From Octopus sinensis (taxonomy: Eukaryota): a stretch of DNA of 64,000 bases. Of the stretch, positions 51,380 to 64,000 are shown in pieces. The stretch spans positions 6,758,001 through 6,822,000 of the forward strand of contig NC_043001.1 of assembly GCF_006345805.1 (NCBI RefSeq), read 5' to 3'. A program made the translations under genes and the position numbers. The notes beneath the pieces were generated by a model, which saw nothing but the letters and a program-made list of their open reading frames with translations, searched no databases and was not told where the DNA came from. Positions within the stretch are counted from its first letter, which is position 1. Each line of letters starts with the position of its first letter.

Positions 51380-53634
51380 GATTCTAATAGATTATGATGC
51401 TATCAATCCTGATCTTTCAAAAGTTGTTTGGGCCTTCATGCACGCAAACACCCCCTCGAACATGAACACATCACGGCAGACATTTGTAGATACGGTGACA
51501 AATATATGCGTAAAACATACTCCATTAAGATCACTAAACAAATCTAAGTGCATAATCCCTAGAAATAGAAGAACTATTATCAGAAAAAGAAAGAGAATTG
51601 ACAAGAAAGTCAACCAACTTAAATACTGCCAGCAGCAACGCACCTATTAGTCTGCCATTGCATCACTCGAATCGAAAAAACACGACCTCCATAAAAGCAT
51701 GATGACCAATATTAACAGACAAAGAGCAGATGAGGAGAATTGGGCCATTGAGAAAATAAAACACAATCCCAAAATATTCTTTCCATTTGCAAAATCATAT
51801 AAAGACTCTGTTTCCACTGTTGGTCTACTGGTTGACGAGAACAATACTCTACATTGTGATTCAAAATTCATGTGCGTGATACTGCAGAAGCAATACTGTT
51901 CTGTCTTCTGTAACACTAATGCGGTTTATCTGGTTTGTATCGGTAATGTAAACCCTCAACTAACCATATCTGACATAACATTTTTAGTGCTTCTGATATC
52001 CTAACAGAAATAGATATGATCAAGCACCACTAGGCCCCGTTAAGTTCTCAGCTAATGTCCTGAACATGTGTCGACATCAAATTGCACCCCTTCTATCTGA
52101 ACTCTGGAGAAACTCACTTGATGCAGGCTACATTCCTGATCACTTTCTTTCCTAGTCTGTCATTCCAGGTTTCGAAAAGGGAAACAAATCTGTTGCAGTG
52201 AACTACCGCCCGATTATATCACCTCTCATATCATTAAAGTATTTGAGAGGGTGGTGAAATTACGAATAACTCACTTCCTCGAAGGCAACAATCTGCTGAA
52301 CACCCAACCAGCATAGTTTCTGTGATAGCAGGGACTGCCTGTCGCAGATTTTGCACCAGTTTGATAATACTTAAAAGCGTTGGGAGAGGGCTCCAACACT
52401 GACGTCATATACCTTGATTTCAGCAAGGCATTTGACAGAGTGGACCACAGAATCCTGCTGAAGAAACTGTCCAAAAGTGGAGTCCGTGGAAATATTCTGT
52501 AGTGGATGAATTGTTTCCTGACGAACTGAACCCAACATGTTTTTCAGGGAATAAAATCCAGCTCAGCCAAATTCAGCAGTGGTGTCCCACAAGATACTGT
52601 GATGGGCCCGCTCGGATTCATATTTACATCAACGACATAGTAGAAGTCATCAAACATCCTACATTGAAAATCTTTGCCGATGATTCCAAAATCCGGAAAG
52701 CCATAAACGACATGAGAGACCGAACATGCCTTCAGTCAGATCTGTTTGCTATTGTCCAATGGGAAGAAAAAAAACAATATCCTTTAACTGAAGATACGTT
52801 TGATTTGATCCACTTTGAGAAAGAGGAAACTCCGAAATTATCATATGCTCTTCCCTCGGGCGACTCCCTAGTGTCATCCAACAACTCCAGAGATCTTCAA
52901 GTAATTGTTGATAAAAATCTAAGCTGGACCTTCCACGTAAACAGCAAGATTGACTTGGCCCGCAACATGTGCTCCTGGATTCTCAGAACTTTCCGGTCTA
53001 GAGATGTCCGCACAATTATCGTTTCCTACACTACTTTTGCCCAACCCCAACTTGAGTAATGTTGCCCACTGTTGTGTCCCCATACGAAGCAACTCATTAT
53101 GAAAGTAGAAGCATTCTAGAAGTAAATGACAAGAAAGATAGACAGCATGAGAGGCATAGATTATTGGGGGCGACTATAAAATTTCAGTCTCTACTCTCTC
53201 CAACGCCGCCGGAAGAGCTACATCATTTGTGTCATATGGAAATATTCCATCAATATTGCCAACTGATGGTGGCATCAATTTCAAAATCCATCCAAGACAT
53301 GGAACCCGTGCTATCCACCTACTACAAAAATTGAACTCGCTACATATAGCAACATTACAACACAATTAATTTACCTCAAGCAGTCCAGCAGTTTTTAATA
53401 CCATACAAAAATACATCAAAACGGAAATGGATCCCATAAAATTCAAATGTTCACTGGACTAATTTCTTCAAAAAATCCCGCACGAACCTCCTACACGCGG
53501 ATATGTCTCCAACAATAATAACTCTTTGCTAGAGTGAGCTATTGAGCCTCATATATGACTAAAAGACTTCACCAGGTGGTGCTATTAAATTACATATGGC
53601 CTGGGCCTATCCTGAGCAAAATCTATCCAAGTTA
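51380..53634 (+). mobile_element. CR1-clade LINE, 5'-truncated, multiply frameshifted
   Basis: Colinear with 21552-23424 (WAIEKIKHNPK, VNYRPI, YLDFSKAFDRVDH, FADDSK, MCSWILRTF); same 3' UTR CAGGTGGTGCTATTAA. Confidence 0.93.
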
Positions 53635-54389
53635 CACGAATTCAGATAAAATCCCTTTTTGTTCTATCTTAGTGGTGTCACCCTTTATTTTAATCCAAAA
53701 AAAAACAGCAGTACCCGACCAGCAGCAGAGGATTCGGAGCCATTATAGTACTGGTCAGGCACAGCTGGAAACATTTTGATTTATCTTCTTCTCCCATATG
53801 ACGTCCTCGGTCATCGTAAACAGCGACCGACAAACTCCTCATAAATATGAAATTGGGCCTTCATCAACATTAGATTTTATTTCAATATACTTCCATTTGA
53901 TATACTTCGTTTTATGTTTTATCATTCCCTAGATTTTAAAACATATTTCGATTAGTTTAAAGAAATACACATATGACACATATGGCTTTAGGTAAGGAGA
54001 AAACGATGTATTATATAAGACAAAATAAAGTGAAAAAACTACAGCAGGTATGTGTTATATAGTTAAAGAATATATTTAAATCGTTATGTTAGAAAAATGT
54101 TATAAATGTTGGGGTATGGTAACATGATTTTCGGAGAAATAATCGGTTTCTTATATTCTTTTAAAATTTCTTTGCTCAATATTATGCCATCTCTTCGCTA
54201 TGTTGTGAAATATGGCGTTCCGGGGATTTTTACGGTGTAAGGGAGATAATCAAAAATGTTGTGAATGACTAAGTTATATTTATTTAACATGATTTGGTTT
54301 AGGAAGAATAGAAGCTCATAAACTCATTAGTTTTCTCGCAAAATCTAATCGTCAATCAAAACAATAAGAATCGCTACAAAATATACAGT

Positions 54390-54700
54390 CTGGGTGTCCG
54401 ATGGTAACAATGATGAGGGTTAGAGTAGATTAACGGAACATCCTCTTCATGAAATTAACGTATTAATTGTCGAGCATTCATCTACATGAGGGATCTGAGC
54501 GTAGTTCACAAGGTGACTCAACGTGACACAGAACGCGACAATCTTGGCCGTTTTGAAATACAAAGGCAACACATTTTGGCCAGCTTAGTGGACTGGAGCA
54601 ATGCGAGATAAATGTTTTGCTCAAGGAGTACACAGCTCGAACGGGAAACTAACTCAGAATCGTGAGCCGAGTAATCTAACCAGCAAGCTACCTGCATTCA
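54390..54700 (-). mobile_element. SINE family D (tRNA head + CORE-like body + tail 2)
   Basis: GGCCAGCTTAGTGGACTGGAGCAATGCGAGATAAATGTTTTGCTCAAGGA lies between tail 2 and a decayed tRNA-like head. Confidence 0.65.
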
Positions 54701-55535
54701 CACAAAATATATTACAAGAAATATAAGAACATTATTGCAGGTGTTCGACCATACATCTCTCTAACTTACACATATCCAACACATAATAGAGGCCATCTCC
54801 ATTAATGTACTTTTACAGCAGCCAATCCTTACATCTCTCCAACAATTTCCCTATTTCCACCTCACTCTCTATTTCTCTCTTTCGCTAGATATGTAATATG
54901 AAAGCATATTTTTTATTATCTTATTTTTATCACAAGATCCTACAAAGTTATTATCGGCACCAGAGTTTTATTCATAGCACCAAAGTTATCAAGCGAGAAA
55001 ATTAATTTGATTTTAAGAAAAGTAAGGTTATCTAATTGAAATAAATGCCCATTTCTTTTCCATAAATATTTAGTTATATTTCATTGGAATCAGGTGAAAA
55101 TCATTAGGAAATATGTTATAATAATCTTATTATAAGTCGAAGCAAAAATAAACGCTAGAATAGTAGAGGCAAATACGCTGAGTTCGACTTCGACATTGGA
55201 TCATTTCATGGTTGAGGATATACTTAACAGAAGTTCCTGGGTTCGATGTAATCAACGTTCTTTCCCCTCAATCAGCTGATCCTGTAGAAAAATTAGAAAA
55301 AAATTCATAGTATTATTTCTCTTTATCACAAGTTTTGTTCGAGCTCCCGGAGTCTTGCATGCGTAGCGAGCTTACTACCTGCAGCCTACGGTACCATGCT
55401 ATCCGTTCTTTTTATCTGCCTTTATACTTTTCCGACTATTCTGGCCGTGGCAAGGAGGCAAAACTTTTGTAGCAGTTCTACAGGGCACTCTATCCTAATT
55501 TCCTTTACATTCCTTCAGATACTGTCCTCAAGGAT

Positions 55536-55556
55536 AAATTATTATTATTATTATTA

Positions 55557-55600
<44 letters not shown>

Positions 55601-55658
55601 TATTATTATTATTATTATTGTCATTATTATTATTATTATTATTATCATTATTATTATT
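55536..55658. repeat. (ATT)n/(TAA)n microsatellite
   Basis: Direct reading; abuts the 3' end of the R4-like element. Confidence 0.96.
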
Positions 55659-55661
55659 TTA

Positions 55662-56698
55662 TGTTTGACGTTTGCTTTCCATTTGTACAAGTTGACTCCA
55701 AGTCTCACCCAGAGACCTCAAGAGACAAGTTAGATGTTCATGTTGGTGTTATGCTTACGGTGTCATATATTTGGTTTTGTACATAGTCTTGTTCTAGAGA
55801 AGGTTTAAGAAACCATACGAAAATTATGTTTGTTTTAAAAAAATGTGATTACATGGACAGTATATTACGTAGAATATAGGCAGTTCACATGAGCACCATC
55901 TTTTGAATTTCTACCATTTTGGGGTTTATTGGTATCTGAGCTAGGTAGCAATCAGCCCCTTTTGCTATCATTCCCAGGGCACTTATGACAACAGGTATTG
56001 TTTTAGTCTTCAGGTTCCACATTTTGCTGATTTCTATTTCAAGATCTTTATATTTGCTCAGTTTTTGGTAGGTCTTGACAGATACGTTTATATCGATTGG
56101 GACAGTCATATCAATGAGGAGGCATGTTCTTTGTTTGAAGTCTTTCAATATGATGTCTGGCCTATTTGCATCTATCTTTCTGTCAGTTTGAATAGTGAAG
56201 TTCCAGAGGAGTGAGATGTGGTCATTTCCAAGCACTGGAAGTGATTTGTGTTCCCACCAGTTTTTATCATGGAGCAAGTCCAGGTTTTTGCAAATTACCC
56301 AGCTCTATTGTGTCTGTTGAGTTATTCTGTAGGCTCTACAAGACTTCACATGGAGGCATGATCAATGGTCTCATTTTGTTGTTGACATACACGACATTTT
56401 GGGGAGCTGCGGTTATTTAATATGCTGGCTTGGTAATTCCTTGTAGGTAGGCATTGATCTTCGGCTGCTATGATAAACCCTTCTGTTTTCAATTTAAAAC
56501 AAGAAGCCATTAGCCATTGATGGGTAAGTGCTTTGTCAACATCGGCATTATTCACTCTCTTTGGGTATTTGCCATTTATCAGTCAGAGTGTCAAAAGCAG
56601 CTGTTTTAGCATGGGTTTTCATGCGCTTAGATTTTTCTGTGCTTGTTTCTAGTACGTCTAATTCAGGAATTTGCTGTATTTGGAATTCACTATGATAT
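55662..56698 (-). mobile_element. RLE-type non-LTR retrotransposon 3' end (R4/Dong-like)
   Basis: Zn knuckle CRVCQQQNETIDH; RLE LLWNFTIQTDRKIDANRPDIILKD...LIDMTVP...KLSKYKDLEIEI..W...IPVVISALG; the 3' UTR runs into (TAA)n. Confidence 0.9.
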
Positions 56699-56820
56699 TC
56701 TCCCTATAGGCCTGAAAGAATTATTCAGGCCTTCTCCCTATAGTTTTGAAAGGCTCATTCAGGGATTCTCCATATAGGCCTGAAAAAAATCTTCCGGCCT
56801 TCTACCTATAGTCCTGAAAG
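56699..56820. repeat. 34-bp minisatellite, 3.6 units, alternating A/B
   Basis: Units start at 56699, 56733, 56767 and 56801 with TCTCCCTATAGGCCTGAAAG-like heads. Confidence 0.88.
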
Positions 56821-58136
56821 TATTATTGTATAATGAATTATTAGAAGACAAAAAGTTTGCAAAATCACTAGCATTTAGATAAAATTATTAACGGCATTTC
56901 TTTCCACTGTTTACGCTTCGAGTTCAAATACCGCACACGTTCACTTTGCTTTCCATCTTCTCGAGGTCAAAACTTAAATTCTAGTAGCGCCTCTCATACA
57001 TTTAACCCCTTTCCTGAAAATTGCTGGCTTTGTGCAGTAATTAGAAATAATGTAATTACGTTTTACTATTAATTTTGTATATATTTGTATCATGAAATTT
57101 TCGAATCAAACACCAGGTTATTAGATTTTCGTCACGGAATTTCATATGACAATATTCTGTTTTTTGTGTTGTTTGTTTTGGTTTTTCGTGTTACTAAAGT
57201 TTGTTGAAGAGACTTGAGTTGTAATTGGGAAAGAAAATGTTTCCACGTCGGTAGCATAACACAATTCAACGCTACGAACACATAAAAAATAAAACTCTCA
57301 ATTATTTCGTTTAGCAAATATTGAATATTTTTACAGATTTCCAATTATAATAACATAATGGATCTTCATCAAACATCTCAAGGATAAGTGAAAAATGCAA
57401 ATAATTGAATCACTTTCCTGTGATGTCTGTATTGTCATAACACAGTACGGTGCTTTTAAAACGATAGCACACAAAAACAAAACCGAATAATTATTTGATC
57501 TGCAACATCATAAAACAATGACTGTTAATACAATATTGAGAACCATTGAAGACTACGATAGAAAGACTTTGTTCATCTTGTGCAAAGTCAATTTTATTAC
57601 ATCAAAAATATTCTATAGAATATAATGACTCTTTACAGTTTTCGCAGTAAAACATATTACAGAACAGACAGGAAGAATAGACGGGGTTGAAATCGAATAA
57701 CTGAGAAGAAAGAAATATTCACCGAAGACACTACTTTTAAAAGTTTACTGATGTGGATTTAAAAAAAAAATAATTGTATCTGAATTTTTGGAATGGTTTT
57801 TAATGCAAATTATCTGCACAGAAACATGCTCACTGCGAGCAACATTTTGATAACACAAATACCAGGAACTAATTATAAATATTCCTCCTATATTTATCAC
57901 AAAAGCAGCAAATTTGAACGTAGGTGGAAGTCGATAATGCGGACCTAAGTGCTCAACTAGTAATTATTTCGTCGCTCCACGAATCAGTTAAAGGCATTTG
58001 AGCGTAGCCGGAAGAATTGCCACTAAACATTTTTTCCGGCGAGGTAACGTTTCTGCTAGCTAATAGATATGCGCCGACAGTGCATGATATAAACAGCGTA
58101 TATACTCTTACGGTTATGATAATATTATACGTATTT

Positions 58137-58342
58137 GAAGGCGGAGAGCTGGCAGAAAAATTACCACAGCGAGCTAAATGCTTAGCGGTATTTCGTCTGT
58201 CAAATTCGCCGAGGTCAGCATTGCCTTTCATCCTTTCGGGATCGATAAATTAAGTACCAGTTCAGTTTTGGGGGCGATCTAATCTACTGGTCCCCACCCA
58301 CAAAATTTCGTGCTTCGTGCCTATAGTAGAAAACAATTATTA
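58137..58342 (+). mobile_element. SINE family C; an inverted head fragment lies at ~58020-58066
   Basis: GAAGGCGGAGAGCTGGCAGAA...TTTCATCCTTTCGGGATCGATAAATTAAGTACCAGT. Confidence 0.85.
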
Positions 58343-60029
58343 TATGTATTTGGCAATGTCTATGAGAGAAGGAAATTATTTGATTGAGAGAATATTTTAA
58401 TTTATATCCCATAGATATTATTTGAATCATGAGCAATATTATCCAGGAGTTAACACGTTAATTACGTAACAATTAGATGCGATAAAAACATAATGAGTAT
58501 GATATTCAAACACTGGTAAATTATTCGATATCATGTTGTGCTTCAACTAAACACACGTTGTCTTTTATATTCAGCTACAAAACTAGAATGAGCTGCTGCG
58601 CACAATAAAACTTGATAAATGTTTGAAATTATGAAGTAATTCTTACATTTTTCTGTGACATTAAATTGACGTACATACTTGATACCTATTTGATATGCAT
58701 ATTTGTCATGTATGTGCATTTTCCAAATTTCTCTGAAATATATATACCCATTGAATTCAACTAAAATTGATTTATATTAATTTTGTGGATAGGCACCGTC
58801 TATTCAATGAAAAACTTCTAATTGACGATGCATTTATTAATATCGTTCTAGGCGGAAAATTTCATACCAACGCCAGCTGAGTTTATCTCACTGTTTAGGT
58901 GTTATACATTCTCTTACAAATTTCTTATTATAACATGATTATGTCACAAATTTTGTCCCATGCTCGTCATATTTAATTTTATTTAGTATTATATCGATTT
59001 GTACTGCTGTCCTCTTTAATTCTAATTGAACTCCCCAACAGTATTTACCCAATGTAGTTTAGTTTAATTTTGATACAAAACTATTACGAAACTATAAAAT
59101 AAATACACCCTATCGTAATTCATTCAAATGTATTTTCTCACAAATTTAGTTAATATTCTATAAATAACAAATTTTAGACAAAATATAAAAGACAATCAAA
59201 TACCAGCATATGCATGTCCAATAACAGAAAGTAGAATATATATTCTTTACTTTAGAAAACCACTATAGGTCTAAAATGTACAATGGATTGTAAATACTAA
59301 AATATTTAACAATATTTTTTGTAGTAAAATATTTTAGCATGTTGCTTCAGATTGCTTTTTGCATTAGTTTGGTCTACAGGCACAACTACTCGGAAATATT
59401 CTCTGGAATAATCTAGAGAATATCGCCATTGAAGAACTATTCGAAACAGTTTTCTCAGGCAACAGAAACTATTTTTCCTTCTATATTTTTGGCGTTGTTC
59501 AGGAATATGAATTTGCTTTATTACATGGCATCTCTTTTCAACTCAGCACAAACATTGGGGACTTCTAAAAGATCACCATGACAGTTGTGCTTCGTGAAAG
59601 ATCACTCAGACTGCTATCCTACCGCCACCTCATTCAATTTACGATGAGAAATCTCGAACAGAAGTAATAATCATATGAGATTCCCAAATACATATCTCAT
59701 TATTAATGAATGAAAAAGTGTGGACATATGAAATGAAAGACAAACATTAAAACATTTTTCAGTAAATTCTAACTGGGAGGTCAGTATTTTTCAGGGGATT
59801 TGAAGGGAAAGTTAAACAGGATTATTGTGAAAGCTACGTTCATATGTGTTAGGTATTAGTCAAAAACGTGTAACGTTGAGTCGAAACATCATCAAAAACT
59901 GATTCGTTCACGTGAATATATTATATTAGTGATGAAGAACAAGTCCTATCGCTTCTGGTTCCAGAAAAACAATTCACTGTTAACGTCGTCAATAAGTGCA
60001 GTTAGTAATATTTCTCCATACTACAACTG

Positions 60030-60322
60030 CCACTGCGTCTGTTACAACGACGAGGATTCTCGATGACCCGATCAGCGGAAGAGCCTGCTCGTGAAATTAG
60101 CATGCAAGTAGTTGAGATCTTGAGTAAAACGCGTATCCATAACATATCTCTGAAGGCGATTCAGTGTGACACAGAACGGCTCTTTGAAATACAAGTACTA
60201 TTCATTTATGCCAGCTGAGCGGACTGCAGCATTGCGACAGTAAACATTTTCCTTAGTGTACGGCAAGGAAGGAAACTCACGATATAAACCCGAATACGCT
60301 AAACGATACGCAACGCGCTAAC
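60030..60322 (-). mobile_element. SINE family D (decayed)
   Basis: Tail 2 plus GCCAGCTGAGCGGACTGCAGCA, as at 54390-54700. Confidence 0.6.
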
Positions 60323-60336
60323 ACTAGAAATGATAG

Positions 60337-60380
<44 letters not shown>

Positions 60381-63029
60381 ATACTGGAAAATGTTTGCCA
60401 CCCGTTTGTAAACTGAAGTTCTGTAAGTAACTTTTACAGTAGTGTTCCCATTTCTTCGTTTGTGACAGCAGAGTAGGTTTTGGGAAACCATTACCAACCT
60501 CTGAACTAATGACAAATTCCAGAAATAGAACATTGTTATAGTATTCGAAATAATCTCTGATAAATCTTATGGGATTCCAGATAATATTAATGCGTTCGCA
60601 TATTATTTTGGGAAACAAATGGTTATTGTACGTAAGAAATAAATACATTTAACGGTTCAGACTGTTTATATTTCCATGGCTGTTCTACAGCAACACACAT
60701 ATTTTGAGATTTCTATATTAACGAAACTTCTGCTGGTTCTTCATATCCAATGCCTAGACACTTGGATTAGTTCTACGTAGATATAAACAGTATTTCGTCA
60801 CTCTAAATTATTAATACAAATCTATCCGGACTTCTTTTCTTTCTCATTTTTTCTGACGGTTTTATGAGTTTATTTTTCCTTATTCCTTTTAATTAGAAAA
60901 TCATTGAATACCTAAAAATAAAGCGATGTGAAAATGTTATCATTTTTGTGCCTAACTAATTTTATTTTAATTGATAATCTTCCATTGATTTATACTGTAG
61001 CTCTGCTAAAAAAAAAATTGTTTATTTTAATAAATAGTATTTCGCTGAGTTCATTCTAAAGCTATACATTATTTCCGAAAATATCTCGAGTCTCACAAAT
61101 TGTCTTCTGAGTAAATTGTTGTTTCCATTTTTCTCGCTAATATAAATTAGCATTTATTTCGTGGAATGTTAATGTTTTTCGATTTTGCTATTATTTACAA
61201 TCTTCCCGATTATACATCCAATTATTATATTTTCCATGGACATTTTCTTTTCTAAATTTGAAAACTCCAAGATTATTACAACCAAATAAAATCAAAGAAA
61301 CACTAGGAAATAGGGCTTTATATTTACACACAATTAGAGCTATTTAAAGAAGCAGTTTCAGGTAGAAAATTGTTTATGAAAGCCAACTAAATGAAATAAA
61401 ACATTTCCATTAATATTTACTGCAGTTAAACTAAAATTTATAAAATAGGCGAGGCGAAGATTTTGAACAATAATTAGAAATGGGTACAATATGGCTAAGA
61501 GATCAAACAGCTATGATTCTAATTTCAGCTTAAATTGTATTGTTTGAAAGAATTCCGTTGCAATCACAAAATACTCGAATTAGATTCTAATTCTCCTTTT
61601 CAAATATTACGAAGAAAAGAATTGTAAGATAATTTGTTTAAAAGTTTATTTTGAATTTATGTATTGGCGTAGGCGCATGTTAATCATGTTTAGTTATATT
61701 TGAACACGTTAGCAACTAGTTATATTTAATTTGAAACGGCATATTGTAGACATATTAACCGAAAAAACTTCTTTTCTAAACAAACTTGTTTGATAATCGA
61801 TCTTGCATTGAAATATAAATAGCAAAATAGCAGTGTTATAGGCTAATATCTTGATAACAAACTGGTTGTGTAAGTACAGCAGAGGCAGTGAATATCGTAT
61901 TGTCGTTTCGTATATTTCTTGCACACGCGGTTCATATCACACTAAGGAAAATTTTGCACTTCCCCGACTTTAAAACGGTAAGAAAAAGGACCAGAGCAAG
62001 GCACTGGAGAACTGGAAACTTTTGATTGTTTCATTTCCGTCGGTTGGTTTTTGTTTCCTGATAGTAAAATGTATTACTCTGTTTCAAGTATGATTTGAAG
62101 ATTATTGAATGAAGCGCTTAGAGCAACAGCTATACGCGATATTCATTAGTTTGTTACTGCTAAGAGAACTTCAAGAGTTGTGATGGTGAAGCTGATGATT
62201 ACGCAAAAACTTAAAAGCGGGAAGTGCACTCATGGCAATGAAATTAAGCTAGGGAGAGATCTAGCACAATTTCTGTCCTAGACTTCACATGAGAAAGCAT
62301 CGACACAGGATATCATAAGATTGCTAACTAACATCTGATGTCTCCAATATTGTTCAACATTCGTGTTGCCTTCAAGATATATTGTTTTAATTATATTAAT
62401 GAAAATTCGCCAGCAATGACACGTAAGTTGAGGTTCAATTCGTTTGTCAATCATCTGCCATAAATGAATGGCATTAAAGTTACAAAGGTGGCGGAGGATG
62501 GTGACAGAAAATCCCGTAGACAACGATACAAGGTTTTCATACTATATAACAAAGTTCGTGACTAACATATACGCATTTATACAGTTGATCTGAAATGGGA
62601 TGCAGTAGCGATACAGTGCTGCCATCATCCAAATTGTTTATCATGAATTTGTTTCAGTATGCTGCCAAATCAGTGTATTTACAAGCACAGAACGATTTAT
62701 TCAAGACCTACATAACTACTTTAAAATATGTTTCAGGACAAGGATGATGACAAAAATATTCAGTGTGTTCTCGCCACAATACATAGTAAAATAATGGTGC
62801 ATATTTTACGCTGGCAAATATGGTCATTTTTAAATGAACAGATAGCATCAACACCACAACCGCGATAAATTTGCTCAACAATACTGCAGTGACAAAACTG
62901 ACATCGGCTTCGTATATTTGTCCGTTCGATAGCATGCGTTGCTCTCATACGATAATAATAGAAATAATAATAATATTAACAACAACATCATCATCATCCT
63001 CATCATCATCATCCCCATAATCCTTATCT

Positions 63030-63332
63030 ATCTGGATCCTCATCAGTACATTATTAGTCTAGTGCATACTATTTAACATTGTCCCGAAAGAGATCAAAGA
63101 GGAAAAGGATCCCATACACTTTAAACGGAGTCTGGATAGATTCCTTCAAGGAATACCAGATAAGCCACCCATAATTGGATACAACTCACCCAACAAAAAC
63201 TCACTACTTGAATGGACCATAAACAAAACTTGACTTAAACAGGATTCAAGTAATCCTATCAGGTGGTGCTATTAAGTTAGACATGGCCTGGACCAATCTT
63301 TGGTCGAAACATATCTAAGTTTATCTAAGTTT
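63030..63332 (+). mobile_element. CR1-clade LINE 3' fragment
   Basis: LFNIVPKEIKEEKDPIHFKRSLDRFLQGIPDKPPIIGYNSPNKNSLLEW*; tail (ATCTAAGTTT)2. Confidence 0.9.
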
Positions 63333-63409
63333 TACTAATGCAGAATAGAAGATTGAACTATGCACGGTGACAGGGGAAGTTTCAATTTCCCCCTCTTACA
63401 CTCATTTTG

Positions 63410-64000
63410 GATCTTGTAGCACGTGCACCAATTATTGCAGATATAATTGTTTACTTCGTCTTCCACAGACTCTTCAGTTATCTGCTTAAGTCCTTGAATT
63501 TCTCAATTTTTTTCTGTCTCTACGGTATCTGGCAATAGGCAATTACAAAATCTATGGTCTTACACTGTTGCTTTATTTTCTCCTCTATGATCATGTTTGA
63601 TCTCCTTACTTCAATAACACTGTTGATCTTTATGGGGAAATCCTACACGAACCTGTATTTCTCATTTTCTATCATAGTCACTGGTTCGGGTTCCAAGCAC
63701 TTTTCCGTTGTTTTTATGTCATACACTCGGTGAACATCCTAATGCACGTTTTTGCCTACGTAGTCATCGCTGCATTCACTCCTTTTGTTCTAGTATACTG
63801 CACTCGCCCAAAAGGCAATTGACACTTTCGTATCATTTCATGCAGACAATAAATTTGCTATCTGAAAGTTTACGATCTTTACCTTTATCACATTGTTTTC
63901 ATTTTTGCTTCTAGTTTCAGGCTCCCAGTTGTCAACCAGAGCCAGCGCTGAATACTTCCGATATTCTCGGTTTTTCCATGAATTTCCATGCATTTTCACC
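63410..64000 (-). mobile_element. Third R4/Dong-like RLE fragment (divergent subfamily, cut by the window edge)
   Basis: Broken frames DYVGKNVH*D, MIENEKYRFV*DFPIK, CKTIDFVIA and ETEKIEKFKDLS..LKSLWK..IISAIIGA follow the RLE motif order. Confidence 0.68.

Noticed and set aside
59368-59580. About 70-codon open frame after an AG
   Set aside because: No homology I can recognise; the length is within the chance range shown by the ORF track.
63015-63052. CTGATGAGGATCC...GGATT on the minus strand
   Set aside because: No GAAA half or helix III; it lies at the junction of a CR1 fragment and (CAT)n.

Overview
AT-rich, repeat-saturated eukaryotic DNA. The SINE families and the (TA)n/(GATA)n landscape point to an Octopus-type cephalopod (inference, not verified). 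No host protein-coding exon, true tRNA/rRNA gene or CRISPR array can be supported, and most ORF-track entries are translations of microsatellites. Identifiable content: (i) CR1-clade LINEs (two long copies, two 3' fragments); (ii) three decayed restriction-like-endonuclease non-LTR (R4/Dong-like) fragments, two of them ending on (TAA)n; (iii) an internally deleted Helitron RepHel relic and a complete non-autonomous Helitron; (iv) at least four tRNA-derived SINE families, with nesting, module swapping and tandem multimers; (v) two MITEs; (vi) many Penelope-like-element (PLE) terminal-repeat remnants. The main signal is a set of unrelated hammerhead-ribozyme (HHR)-like motifs with palindromic helix III and partly non-canonical cores (CCGAUGA, CUGUNGA). 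They read toward (TA)n tracts and often sit in inverted pairs. The best example is a near-perfect 519-bp palindrome (47906-48424) with an intact-looking HHR on each arm. All folds were done by eye, and coordinates of decayed repeats are approximate.
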